Below the pieces are notes generated by a model that did not search any database, was not told the DNA's origin, and worked only from the letters and a program-made list of their open reading frames with translations. Source: Epiperipatus broadwayi (lineage: Eukaryota; Animalia; Onychophora). Taken from it: a stretch of DNA of 64,000 bases. The translations under genes and the position numbers were made by a program. Where the stretch lies: the NCBI GenBank assembly GCA_028023455.1, contig JAQFVV010000009.1:1240001-1304000 (forward strand). Reading direction: 5' to 3'. Every line of letters starts with the position of its first letter. Within the stretch, counting starts at the first letter, position 1. Shown here in pieces: positions 51,451-64,000 of this stretch.

Positions 51451-53967
51451 TTTTGTTTATATCCATTCTAAAAATTGGTTCTCATTTGCATATTCTCAAA
51501 GTTACTATTGGAATTTAAGATTTAGGAAGATCTAGAAGAGAGTAGAGCCAATTTGTATTAGAAAGTTTGTAAATATTACATGCATAAAAAAATAATCAGA
51601 ATGATGGTTGTAATATTATTTGAACTATCTTCATTAAAAGTTAATTATTTTACAAAAAGTGTAGAAAGATCTGGAAGAGGGAGATAAAACCTATTTTTCT
51701 TGGGAAGTTTGCAAATATTGCAGAAAATTATCTATCTGAAAAGTAATTGTAATATTGCTTTAAATATCTTCAATAGTCATTGTTTGTTTCACCAAATGGT
51801 TTGAAATAAAAATTGCCATATTTTTAAATTGCATTTTATCAAGAATCAACATAAATCCAGAATTTTTCATATATATATATATTCATTATTATTAAAAGAT
51901 TAATGAATTATCCTGATGTGCAATTATGTGTTAAACAATTTGTAGCAGATCTCCGTTTTTGACTTTGATGTTTTTTTAATGTTAAATTGAAGTAATTTTA
52001 TTGTGATTCCTAAGTAAAAAGATTGCTTTGTAAAAGATATACCTGGCACTTGAAGCATTAATTTTTTATTGGGAGCCTATGGCCCTCACCTCTAGTCTTA
52101 ATTCCGCTATTTCCCAGAATACTTCTGGAATTCAAATTAATAGTTTTATTGTATTTGTATAATTTATGTCTTTAAATTATGATAAAGTCTGGTTTTAATT
52201 TAAAGGCCATTAGTTTCACAGAATGTATGCTATTTGCTGAGTAGGCTACAGGAAAGCTGTCATTTATTTCTATTCTAAAAACATTAAATGAAGAAAAGAA
52301 AATTTTGCAAAAGAATTAACTAAATGCAGAAAAAAAAATATTAAATAGAAATTGAAATAAAATAAATAGTAAGTACAATCTTCATATTTGTAAAAAAATT
52401 TAATTTACAATTTTTGATTTTTACTTTTTGATTTATATGTTAAATCAGATGATATATTTTTTTTTTGTTTTTTTTTTAAATTTTAAATGTTTTTAAAAAT
52501 ATTTTAAATGGTCATTTTTTATCTTTTCATAAGATATGATGAATTAATAACTTTGAGTGCATGTTTTTTTCAACACATCAAAAAAAATTTTAATGGTGTT
52601 TTATTAAAATCTGTTGTGAATTTTACTAAGCATCCACTATGAAAGTCCTTTCAATAATAAATAAAATTCTATTCAGATCAAAAGAAAATCACTAATATCA
52701 TGACCAATCAGCAATACATATCGATTAAAAACAAGATTTAGAATTTAAAATTTGAACATACAACTTATTTCTTAAATACAATTCATTTTTTTAATTTATT
52801 TTCAAAGCTTGTTTAATTTCAATAAATTCACATAAATGTCATATAATTTACCAATGTTTTGGTAATTTTTATATTGCCAAAATGTTAAGAAACTTACAAT
52901 ATATGAAAATGAATCTAAATATGAAAAAGTCAAAAATCAGAAGTGAAAAAAATCAATATATATATATATAGCTAGATCTTCTGAAACAAATGCATCTAAA
53001 GTGAATAATTAATAAACTGAACCCCTCCTCTAAATTAAGACTTACAGAATAAATATAAAACATTCAACAAACACTAGAATGATACTCATCTTAGCTATGC
53101 AAAATTTATTGATTAATTTACTTCACATAACTCTGTCTTTAGTGATAAAAATGTTATACATATTTTGTTTAAAAGTAGTCCAGATATATATATATAGTAA
53201 AAATTTGAAATTGTTAATATTGATATTAAATACTTTTTTTCCAAAATGAAAATCCAATATAATGATGGAAATCTATCTGCTAAGTATGGATTTGCAAAAG
53301 CAGTAAACACTATTGGCTAAAGCAGCACATGCCTAAAACTTTTTAAAGTGTTTCAGCTTTAAGTGAGCGATTTGTTCATTTTTATTTTATTTTTTCCCAT
53401 ACACATGCAAACAAAAAATAAATCAGAGTTGAAGTGAAAGAAAAGGTCTTTCTGAGAAAGAAAAGAGTAAAATTATTGGTGATTTAAATTCTGAAGGTAA
53501 TGTTTAAACTAATGATAAATTAAAGAGCATACAAGTAACAAAAAGTTATTTACATTATAATGTAATGGAAACTTTATTATAGTATCAATGAGGCATCATT
53601 TCTGAAGGTTAAACAATAGATTGAAGAATTTTTTGATACCCTCCAATACAAGTAATGATCCTGGAATGAATTTTAAAGTCAGTAAAGTATGGTGAATCTG
53701 CTAATGCTGATACGATTGCTATTAAACATTATTCACAAGAAAACAAGTTCTGAAATCAAATATCTGAACTTTTGCTAGTATTTAATAATTAATGTTTTAA
53801 TTTTATGCTTTTAAAAGAGAATTCTCATTGAAATATAATTATATAGTATGAACAGAAATTAATTTTATATCTATTTTTACATTTTTTTTTTCTTGCTTAA
53901 ATGATTGTTTTGAATGGTAACTTTGGTCTTGAACCATGGATTTGGAATGTATCATCCCTAAATATAA

Positions 53968-54116
53968 GTATAGGGGATTTGAACTCAGATTTTCAAGCAC
54001 CCTTCAAATATCCACACTATCTTATACAACTGATACACATGACCAAACACATGTAGAAAAGATAAATAATTACCAATATCTGTATTTCATGCTAAAACAG
54101 CATTCATCATTTGGTC
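53968..54116 (-). repeat. Single diverged copy of the 41.5-kb hammerhead repeat
   Basis: TATAGGGGATTTGAACTCAGA..CACATGTAGAAAAGATAAATAAT.. The minus strand reads gaccaa-ATGATGA-atgctgttttagcat-GAAA...TACATG-TG-tttggtc. Confidence 0.8.
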
Positions 54117-55247
54117 AAAATTATCATCTTCCCCCACATCCACATATATAATCAGTGCTCAGTTTATATTAAGATAGCAAATCTTCATACTTTAATGGAC
54201 AGGCTTTAATTTACTCCAACTTTCATCCCTAAATATATATTTTTTAATATAAGCATGATGAAAAACATTCTGAAAACAATTAATTCATTAAATTTAGTAG
54301 ACTTTATTGTATTAAAATAATATTTGTATCTCTCTTATTCTTTAATTTACATTTTCAAATTTAAAATAGCTATTTTTTATTTCTTATTTATGCTCCTGTT
54401 ATAATTCCCAAATATTAATTATCTTTAAATATAAAAGTAAACTCATTAAAACTACCATTTTAGTAGACACTCCAGTAATTTTTGACAATAGGGGAGCCAA
54501 TAAATAACCACTGATACATCAAACAATAAATAACCTTAGATAATTCAATGAGATACCAACACAGTCCTTTCCAATATTTTGTTCAGAGCAAATAAAAAAT
54601 TTCATAAAAAAATTTAAAAAAAAGTAAAGTATAGCTATACTTAGTAGATATTAAAATCAAAATGGTTTTAGATATTTCATCGAAAATAACTATAAATTAT
54701 TATGGATATTTTGTTAAATGATATTTGTTTTATGTTGTTTATTTTTGAACAGTTAATGTATTTAATATTACCTGTTATTGGCAAATAATGTAAGAATGAA
54801 ACATTAAATGCATATCTAAACTAACTAAAGAATGAAAACAGTCTATTAATTATTTCTCTTTTATTTATTTTGTTTGATAGATTTTTTTTTTTTCTATATA
54901 TTTACATATAGGGTTTCCTTAATCAACTTTGTTTTGATAAGATGCAACCTTTTCAATTGATATAATGTAATTCAAATGTTTCATTCTAGTTATTATTCTT
55001 TGTGCTTGCAATATAATTTACAATTTCATTACTATTTCTCCAATCTAAATAATTAAATAATCTATTTTATGAATTCTCTTCACATTATCAAAACTATTTT
55101 TTATTTTTCTTATTTAAAATAAAATATATATATATTTTACTTATACACTAGGTTAAAATTCACTATTGGTTTATATTTTTATTAGTACACTAGCTGTACC
55201 TAGGGGTTTACTTGCATTATTAGATTATAAGAATGTAATGTAGTCAA

Positions 55248-55335
55248 GCCGCTGGTGGCCTAGTGGTTAGCATGCCTTCCAAGCAGCTGGCCCGGGTTCG
55301 CTTCTGGTCAATGCAATTGACATATGAAAAAAAAA
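55248..55335 (+). pseudogene. Retroposed tRNA-Gly(UCC)-derived copy or short SINE with A-tail
   Basis: GCCGCTGGTGGCCTAGTGGTTAGCATGCCTTCCAAGCAGCTGGCCCGGGTTCGCTTCTGGTCAATGCA matches eukaryotic tRNA-Gly(TCC) with a 4-nt deletion and substitutions. A9 tail; GTAATGTA direct repeat at 55235-55242 and 55336-55343. Confidence 0.8.
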
Positions 55336-55676
55336 GTAATGTAATTGATAATTAAAATATATTTAAATAATACATTAGATATCAACAGCAGATAAAAATA
55401 ACTATTGTAACACATTTTTATAAACAATGTTATAGGTTATTTTTAATTGCTATTGATAACTTATGTATTATTATTTCGTGTAAATATTCTTTAAATATAT
55501 TTCTAATTCTCACCTACATTACATTGTTTTATTTTACTAATTGTTTCTGGAATAATAATAAAAATAAAAGAATATAATGCAGTTGATTATAAAATATATT
55601 TCTAATTTATATATATATAATAAATGACTATTAACGAACAATATGCAGAAAAGATAGATTTTTTAAAAAATAATAA

Positions 55677-56800
55677 GCTTTATTACTACCTAGCATGCTT
55701 TAATATATCATATTTATAGTTTACGGTAATATGATTAAATTTCTTGGTATTAGTGTATATGTTGAATTAATTAGCTATTTAAAATATCAAAATTTATTCA
55801 AATAGCTCACTTCTTTGATAGAGGGTTGCTTGTGTATCCTTTCTATTGATCGAACAATGGTCCCTTGCAATTGACCAAGCCTTTTATTTTTCATTTTCCG
55901 TCCTCTCCATGCATATAATTTTTGCTTTTGACAATTCAAATCTATTGCCAGTTTTTTGTTCATGGTCCCAGTCTAGTTAACAGGTTGGGCCACAACTCTC
56001 AAAATATGCTAAATTACATGTAGGTTGGCTGCATTTAATTTTATAGACCACTTGATGTACAGATTCATTTGATAGTTTGCCTTTGGAATTGTTAATTCAT
56101 TCAGTGATGGAGTGGTTCAAAAGCTTACATTGAATATATTTTTACAAGTTTTTTTTAATTTATGCAAACTTTTGGGATATAAGGGAGACTAATTCATTTT
56201 TTAGGCTCCACTTGTGGAATGGGACAGAGGGTTTTTATTTTGTTGTAAAAGTGCCTCAAAAATGGATTAGTCTCCCTCATATCCCAAAAGTCACACATAG
56301 ATTAAAAAAGGTTTGCAAGGATAAATTCAATGTAAGCTTTCAAACCTTCCATCACTGAAACAATTAATTAACAATTCCAAAGACAAACTGTCAAATGAAT
56401 CTGCATATCAAGTGGTCTATGAAATTAAATGCTGTCACCTGTCATCTAGATTAGTCAACATAGATATTTATATAACAAAGCCCTTAAAAATAAAGAATAT
56501 TCATCAATATTTACCAACTATGAACAAAAATCCAGCCATAGATTTGAATTGTCAAAAGCAAAAATTATATCTATGGAGAGAGAGAGGGGACAGAAAGCCT
56601 AAAATAAGAGGTCTGGGCAATAGCAAGAGACTGTTATTTGATCAATAGAAAAGATACAAGCATCCCTCTATCAAAAAAATTGGGCAATTTGCATAATATT
56701 TTGAATAGCTAATTAATCACAAAATATACACTAACACCAAGAAATCTAGTCATATTACTATAAGCTATAAATATGATATACATGCTAGGCAATATAAAGC
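55677..56800. mobile_element. 1.1-kb palindrome made of two Penelope-like 3' ends (GIY-YIG endonuclease)
   Basis: Arms ~55677-56208 and ~56252-56800 are inverted homologs. The right arm encodes ISLPHIPKVTHRLKK..LKQLINNSKDKL..VVYEIKC..IYI, then DL..QKQKL / SKAKII..SI.RKD. Confidence 0.85.
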
Positions 56801-56979
56801 CAAATATGTGTTCATTATCAGTTGTTTATTATTGTTAGCTTAGAAAAGAAAAAAAAAATTATATTTGAATTACAAAATTTATCTATATTATATAAAGAGC
56901 AAGCCTATTTTATTTTTATTTTTTACTGACAAATGCAACAAGAGAATGCATTCAAAATCTCCATCTAGATTTATTCCTA

Positions 56980-57021
56980 TCCCCAAACCGGTTTCGAGCT
57001 AGTGGATCTTGTCAGTGAGGA
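56980..57021 (-). ncRNA. Minimal hammerhead with palindromic stem III (decayed)
   Basis: ctcctca-CTGACAA (CUGACGA with CpG decay)-gatccactagctc-GAAA-ccgg-TT-tgggga; ACCGGT palindrome. Confidence 0.6.
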
Positions 57022-60000
57022 GCTAGGACATCTAGACCCTAGATTACAAAACTCAAGCCCAACATTTATCTAATACACCTGGGTCTTGTTTTATGCAGTA
57101 GATAGGTTCCACAGAAAACCTGAATTAAAAAAATTGACAAAAATAGACTTACCTTGAAACATGGGTGATAGGTTCTGGAATTTTCAGAAATCGCATAAAA
57201 GCAAAGCAACAAGGAAATAAAGTATGACTAATAAAAAATATCAAATATTTGAAAGAAATTGATATGACAACCTTTTTTTAATTAACTACAGTATTTAATT
57301 ATACATTTTTTCATATATATTTTAATCATGGTTATTTGACAATATGCGGTTCATTTGTAAACTGGTAAAATATCAGATTCATCACATTTGGAAGTACAAC
57401 TAGTGCCATTTTCAGTCTTGTGCTGTATTAATGGTTTTTTGTTGACAATGTAATCAGTGATTAAACTTTGAGTCGATGATTTTACTAATTGTTTATAAAG
57501 CTTACAATATCCAGACACATTGCAGCAAACTCTCAGATTTTAGATTTTCTGACATTTTTCTTTGACTCAAACATCAATGTAAAATCTATGATTAAATGAT
57601 AAACACTTATCAGAAAATAATAAATTAATCTTCATTGATAGATATTTGTGTTTACTACTGAAATAAATTTTAACTGTTCAGATTTTGTTTCTATATTTAA
57701 AAAATGAGATCGCAATCAAAACAAAAAGATTATACATTATTGGTAGAAAGATTATTTTCAGTTTACAAAACTTCATTATTTATGTTAAAAATTAAGAGAA
57801 TATTTATTTCTGTTATATCTAACAAAATATGATTTAAAAGTTTAAAATTTTTGAATATTTATTGCAATATTTTTGTACTCATAAGTATAAATCTATTATT
57901 GTTATTTACACATAAGTATAAGTAGATTATTTATGTAGAAGCTAAGATTCTAAATACAGCTTCAGGCTATATTCACATTAGCTGCTAATATAACATATTT
58001 TGGAAAAAAAAAATATTTCACATCAAAATAAGTTATTAATAATTTAAATTTCTTGATATCTAATAAATATAGTAAATATGAACTTATTTATCATATAAAA
58101 GAAAACCCACATAAAAAGATATTAAGAAGAAACATGAATCGCTTAACTTCAAAATCGCATTAAAATAATCTGCATAAAATGAGACCCAGGTGTTTAACTA
58201 TTAAATAGAAAATATGAAATTTTCAGGCATTTATATGCCTTCAAATCCAGCTCTCCAACTCAAATAGCCATATGGGACTGAACTAAATTCAAATACCATA
58301 TTGGGCTGGTATTTTTAGATCAGCTCATGTATATATGCATTTATATAATATAACTTATTAAAAGCATATATATTAGCTTAAAATGTTTTTTTTATATAAT
58401 TTTAAAAAAGTTTTTTTTATTAATTTTAAATATTGGAAAGATAAGGGTGTGGGAATAAAAAAAGATTAGATTTTTTTTATTATTAATTATCTCTATTATT
58501 GAAACTTCCCAAATTAAAAATATTTCATTATCTATTTACACTAATTAAACAAAATTTTTCTACTAATTAAAAGAAAAATATAACAAAAGAACAAAAAAAT
58601 TGGATTTCTAAAATATAGCTAAAAATAAATTAAAGGTGTGGAAAAAAAAAGTAATATGGATCCAGAATGGTTCACAGAAAATATTGTTAACAGCACCAAG
58701 AAAATGTTTCCAACTTAAGAACATTTAAGAAACTTTCCCTTCGGGAAATTCATCTCCTTGACACATCTGGAACCACCTGAATGATCATCAAACTGGATAG
58801 GAGGAAGTTTAACCAGTTAGCCAGGATGCCTGAAAATGCCAATGGACTACCCGCTGAATTCATGCTAGCATATAAGAACTTTTCTTACATGGAGAAAGTA
58901 ATCACAGATCGATCAGGGTAGCTATGAACTGTTACTGAATGAACTTTGATTTCATTTTGTGTAATAGAAATATATTGTGATGATCGCACATACTGCGATC
59001 ACACATATAGATATTTAACATTTAAAAAATATTAAATATTGTGTTTGGAATACTAGAAAGTGAGTTTAAAAAATTATAAACAAAGAAATGTTTTCATTAA
59101 GAAAAGAGAGGGAATTAGAATCGAAAAGATTCTTATCTTTTACCCTCCAAAGTCAAGATTTTGTGAAATGAAAAATAAGTTAGAAATATTGAAATTGTAC
59201 ATTAGAAAATTAATAGTAATAAAGAAATCTAAATGAAAGACAAATTGAAATATGATGTATAAGAAAAGTAAAGTTTGAAAAGTTTAAATAAGAATAAAAT
59301 AGAAATTTAAAACATGACCGAAAGATAAGAATCTGGGTCACAAAAGTACACATTTGACGATAAAACGAAATGCATGTATGGAGTGTGCTTAAAGTGGGGT
59401 AAAGACAGCAGTAATTAATGCTTGTCAAAATAAAATTAAAAAATAATTTTATTAAAATCTGTTTAGTTAAAAAAAAGAAATAAATAAATGCAATAGTGCT
59501 ACGAAATTATGTAAAGACAAATCTATAGAAATGGCCAAAGGCATAGTAAGAAAAGAAAGGTGTGAATAAAAGCGAAAACAAAGGATCGAAAGGACAAAGG
59601 ACTGTGGAATTTTTTTAATTAAAAAGTTTCAGTGTAATGATTAGAGTTGGATACTTCTTGTCGAGAGGTTGGTGGAAATACTGCTCCGATAATAAGCAGC
59701 CATAGTTAACAAGATATTTCTAACATCAGTGCCTCATCAAGAATGGCTGGCTAAGGGCCGTCGTGATCTCTTGCCGATCCAGACTCACTGTGCTCTAATA
59801 GTTCCTGTCTAGATGTAACAACTGCCGACGTAGCGCCTGCCGGAGGATTCATTTTTGCCTGGTCCTAAATGCGGAGGAGTTCCCACAACCAAAATCTAAC
59901 TTAAGAGCGACCGTTTCCTGCTAAAGAAGTGGAGAAATTCCATGTGGCGGTCAGCAAGACTTCAAATTAATTCAGAGACTTAATAACCTAGGTAAATATG

Positions 60001-61076
60001 TATACTACATTTTATATTCCCTGTGTACATACTTTTAATTTAGACAATGGTCAAATTCTTACTTTGAATGATAAAGACATTCTTTAACTTTTTTATATAT
60101 CAACGGAATGACGATTATAAAGGTCCAATCATTTATAGGATCTTTTATTTTGTTACTAGTAGCATTACAGCATCTAATCTGTTTTTTTTTTTGTTGAGTG
60201 TAAATGATTTAAAGTATTTTTTTTATTGTTTAATTTATTGTATTAAATATTTATTATTGATTTAAATCTGTTTCGTCTTGTTCTTCGCCACTCCAAAAAA
60301 GTAATATAGTCGTAGGGTTTGGGGGAAATAATTAGTACTCATTATGAGTACTGAATTAACACATGAAGCTGTTGGCGCAGTATGTTGATCCCATTAAAAT
60401 TTATAAATATCCAAGCACTGTAACTCTGTAAAATCTTACAGCAGTCGAGAGTTGACTAGGAAAAATAACCTGGGGCTATACCCGTATAGTTACAGGTTCG
60501 GTCAAGTACGGATATAGACTCGTTTATGTCCGTATGTTCTCTGCTTGCGGTAGCAGAAAGTGGACGATCTTGAATTTTAAGAATTCCCCATTATATATAA
60601 ATAAAAGAGAAGTTAAGCTTTCAATCGCCGGGTTTCTGTTGCATTTTGGGGGTCAGGGTTCGGGATTTCTATTGCTGTGCAATTAGTGATCACGTGTTGA
60701 ATTAATTTTATAAGATAACGTAAATATTTTCTAAAATAAAAATATATGTGTTTTCAAAATATCTGAAATTAGCATCATAAGTTAGAGTGGTGAGAAGCGA
60801 AGACGAAAGGGATAAATTTTTTCACTTTAAAATACTTTATATATGTGTTTCAACATCAAATGTGTACAAAGGATAGAAAGAGGGGGGAATTTATTTTTTA
60901 TTAAGAAAGTTTTGAAGTGCGTAGTGACGTATATAATCTAAGACAAGTATTCAGACAAATTGTAACGAACAAAGAATTGATTATCTAGATGTAATTGTTG
61001 TAATGAAAAATAAAGTAGTTAAGTTAAAAAGAATAAAAAGTTTCAGTAAGGTTGTAATTATAAATGTTAAATAATT

Positions 61077-61560
61077 AAAATAGTCGCAGAACTAAGTTAA
61101 GTGAAGAAATATATATGTAGGACTCTAGGATAATCGCATATATTTAAGAGAGATATATGTGTGATGTAATAATAACGTATCCCAGTTAAGCTGAAAATAA
61201 AATATTTTTAATGATAAATGATAAAAATGTTCGCGTATATAAGTTAAATTGAAGAAAATATATGTAAGATTCTAGAATAGTCGCGCATCTTAGTTATGTT
61301 GAGGGAAATATATATGTCTGATTTTAAAAATAATCGTGCGGATAACTTGATCAATAAATTACTAACATAGCCTGTACAACGAAGTATATCTGTTAAATGG
61401 AATGAAATATATATGTATGAATTTAAAATAGTAAAGTGATCAATAAAGTACAAACATAGTGTGTGTAACGAAGGATGTTAGTGCGTTAAAGAAAATATAT
61501 GTTGATGATTTATTTTAAACAGCCGTAACCTTAAAGTGATCGAAAACTATAAATGTAATA
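61077..61560. repeat. Degenerate ~50-bp tandem array in the gypsy leader
   Basis: Recurrent AATAGTCGC..AAGTTAA.TGAAGAAATATATATGT..GATT(C/T)TA units (about 6-7), plus a GTGATCAATAAA..AACATAG..AACGAAG block present twice. Confidence 0.65.
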
Positions 61561-62113
61561 TTAGAAAATAAAATATTGGTGGGATTTTATGACTGTGATA
61601 AGAAAGCAATAAGTAAAATACCAAGGTATAACGTAGAATATTAAGAAATGGAAAAATAAATGGGTGGGTGAATTGGCGATAGCCTTAACGAAATTGAATA
61701 ATAAATGAATACAACTTAACACTACCCTATAGCAGGAACTCGAATTCAGTTGAAATTATAGTTAAAGGTAATACATAAGAGCGTTATTAATTGAAGTATA
61801 GTGAGTCAGAGTTGGATAAGTAGGGGAAATATGGGACAATCATCAAGGTGGGGCAGGCAGTCAAATGAATCTAGGGCAGGCAAACAAGATGGTGAACCAG
61901 AGTGTGGATGTTTGGGTTGGCTAGCGGTTTAAATGCTAACTGACAAATAACAAATAAATTAAATAGCTAATCAAAGTAAAAAGCAAAGAGTCAGTAGAAA
62001 GAAATTTTTTTTATATAAAATATATTCGGAAGAGTTTCAGTAAAATAATACTAACAAACCCAGATCAGGGGTTAAATAAATTGATATTTATGCATTCAAG
62101 GTCCCAAGCTAAA

Positions 62114-63375
62114 ATGGACCTACAAGAAAAAGAAGTAAGAGAAGGGAATGAAGATAAGGAGATGGAAGTAAAAGATGAAACAAACTATAGTGATATAATG
62201 GATATGCTAATGCAAATGAGGATTGAGCAATAGCAATTCATGAAGGAATACATGGACAGAGAAGAGAGAAGGATGGAAGAATGGCAGATAAAGATAGAAA
62301 TGGACAACCAGAAAAGAATTGCTGAAGCCATAGAAGAAATTAGAAATGACTTCATCCAGCAATCAGAGGCTAAGGACACAAGAAATGAATTTTACAGAGA
62401 AGCTAAGTGGGATGAACAAAGGGGTATAGAGCCATATGTATGTATATGATGAATTAGAAAGGACCGAGAATATAGGTAGAGAGTCAGCAGAGTTTAATCT
62501 GAGGGAAGACATAGGGCAGTCAGAGACAGGAATAAGAAAGTTAGATAAAAAAGAGGAAGTGATAAGAGTAGAAGATCATGGAATGCTAACAAGCATGTGG
62601 GGGGATATAATTCAGATAGCGAAGGCAGTAGAAATGTTAAACACAAAATTTGAAGAAAGGATAAGTAGGTCAGCCAATAACAGCGCCAATACCGAAGTAA
62701 AGGGCAACCACTGGAGAATGTACAGATATGGGCTATGAGAATCGCATGGATTATCCTGTTGGCTTCCACCAATTTCTAAAAATACAAGTTTTCACTGGAA
62801 ACCCTGGAGAAAGCCCTATGGAGCACTTGGGAAGCCTTGAGCGGTACTTCAAGTTTAGTAGGATGAATGAGGAGGCCAAGTTAGCGGTCGCCTGCAGTCA
62901 CTTGCAGGGCGAATCTCAAGTCTGGTGGAACTCACAGTTCCAGAAACCCACCACATTTGCAGGATATCACAAGGCTCTGAAGACCAGTTATTGGAGTGAG
63001 GAACTCCAAGAAGATATGCTGCATCGGATAACACAGGAGAAATGGAGACCGGAGGAATCATTTACAACATTATTCGACCATCAAGTACCCAAGTTACGGA
63101 TGATGACCGCAAACCCATTATCTGAGATGCAAATACTCCGGATAACTAGGCATGGGTTCCCAAAAGAGATAAAACAGACACTAATCAGTACAGAGAGGAA
63201 GACAGTGGACCGTGTGGCCAAGTTGCTAAGTGCATTGGATACCACCAGGGCCGACCAGAAGGAGGGTGGATATAAACCTAGACCGCTCCCAAAAGAACCA
63301 CTTATAATAAAAAATGGATGGGATCCTAGTGGACGATGGAGAGAAAACCGGAGATATTTTACAGAGTGGAACTGA
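62114..63375 (+). pseudogene. gag: gag (coiled-coil N-terminus plus retrotransposon capsid domain) with one stop and frameshifts
   Basis: ATG at 62114, E/K-rich N-terminus, then FLKIQVFTG..PMEHL..LERYF..CSHLQGESQVWW..TFAGYHKALKTSYWSEELQ (ORF 62728-63375). Confidence 0.8.
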
Positions 63376-64000
63376 AGGAGGCAGGAAAATGGACGACAAA
63401 TATTGGAGACGGAATGGAAGCGTCCATATGACAGGACTGAAGACCGAGAACGTACGGATCAAAATCCGCATCCCAGAGGAGGCAGATGTGAGGTCAATAG
63501 AGAAAGACAACCGCCAGATAAAACCTAAGTGCAATCACCAATAAAGGACAGATTCACTGATACCAGATTGGAAATGGAATTGGACCACGAGTAATGGAAA
63601 ATGGACATGAAACTAGGAAATATTGATCATGATAATATAAAGGAATGATGAGCCAATAAATGGCCAAACAGTATAGAGGACTTTAGGATAAACTAAGAAA
63701 AACAGATGATAGATAGTAGTGTGAGATCGTAGATAGAGGCTGAAGGTGTATAGGTATAGATATTTGTAGGTGGATCTTAGCAGTATATGGTGAGCCTTCT
63801 CTTATGCATTCATGTGTCTTCTGCGATCACCAGATCTTATTATATAGAGAAAACTGGGACAGAGTTCCCCTTCTCATAATGACTCACTGGATTAAGATTT
63901 CCAGTTAGATATTTGACAAATATCGTGAGTCAATGGATTAGAATCCAATGTATGGGGAAAGAACCTCTTTATAAAAATATGAGCTATCAGTAAAATATTC

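Larger units (their letters stand above)
58685..64000 (+). mobile_element. Second Ty3/gypsy element, 5' part (runs past window end)
   Basis: Putative LTR TGTTAACAG (58685) to CTGTTGCA (60643) with left flank ATAT. Degenerate tRNA-Pro-like PBS TGGGGGTCAGGGTTCGGGAT at 60647-60666. Long leader, then gag. The second LTR is not in the window, so the boundaries are inferred. Confidence 0.7.

Noticed and set aside
59810-59890. Twister-like words (TAA..CTGCC..GGTCCTAAATGCGGAGG) in the third LTR
   Set aside because: The P4 3' strand, P2 and P1 could not be paired in the required order. A similar attempt at 20540-20620 (minus strand) also failed.

Overview
This is AT-rich eukaryotic DNA, probably from an invertebrate (inferred). 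I found no host exon I can support; almost everything identifiable is transposon-derived, and all identity estimates are by eye. (1) A decayed Ty3/gypsy element (18486-36832, + strand, ATAT target-site duplication, gag-PR-RT-RH-IN pseudogenes) carries a young 9.1-kb LTR element inside its 5' LTR (19709-28793). The inner element has near-identical 3.04-kb LTRs and an ATAT TSD. It has no pol, only one orphan gag-like ORF (about 460 aa reconstructed). Its leader is a tandem array of roughly 135-bp units containing tRNA-Lys-like, PBS-like sequence. (2) A related gypsy element starts at about 58685 and runs off the right end. (3) Many hammerhead-ribozyme (HHR) cores of several types occur in tandem and inverted arrangements typical of Penelope-like elements and retrozymes: at 0.9-2.0 kb, 5 kb, 7 kb, 41.5-41.8 kb, 43.9 kb, 54 kb and 57 kb. 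There is also a 1.1-kb palindrome of a Penelope GIY-YIG 3' end. (4) The rest includes decayed hAT (GTF2IRD2/SPIN-like and Buster-like), mariner, RTE and I/Ingi-like LINE fragments, a hAT MITE and a retroposed tRNA-Gly copy. The best leads are the non-autonomous giant-LTR element with its tRNA-Lys-like leader array and the ribozyme-bearing arrays and palindromes.
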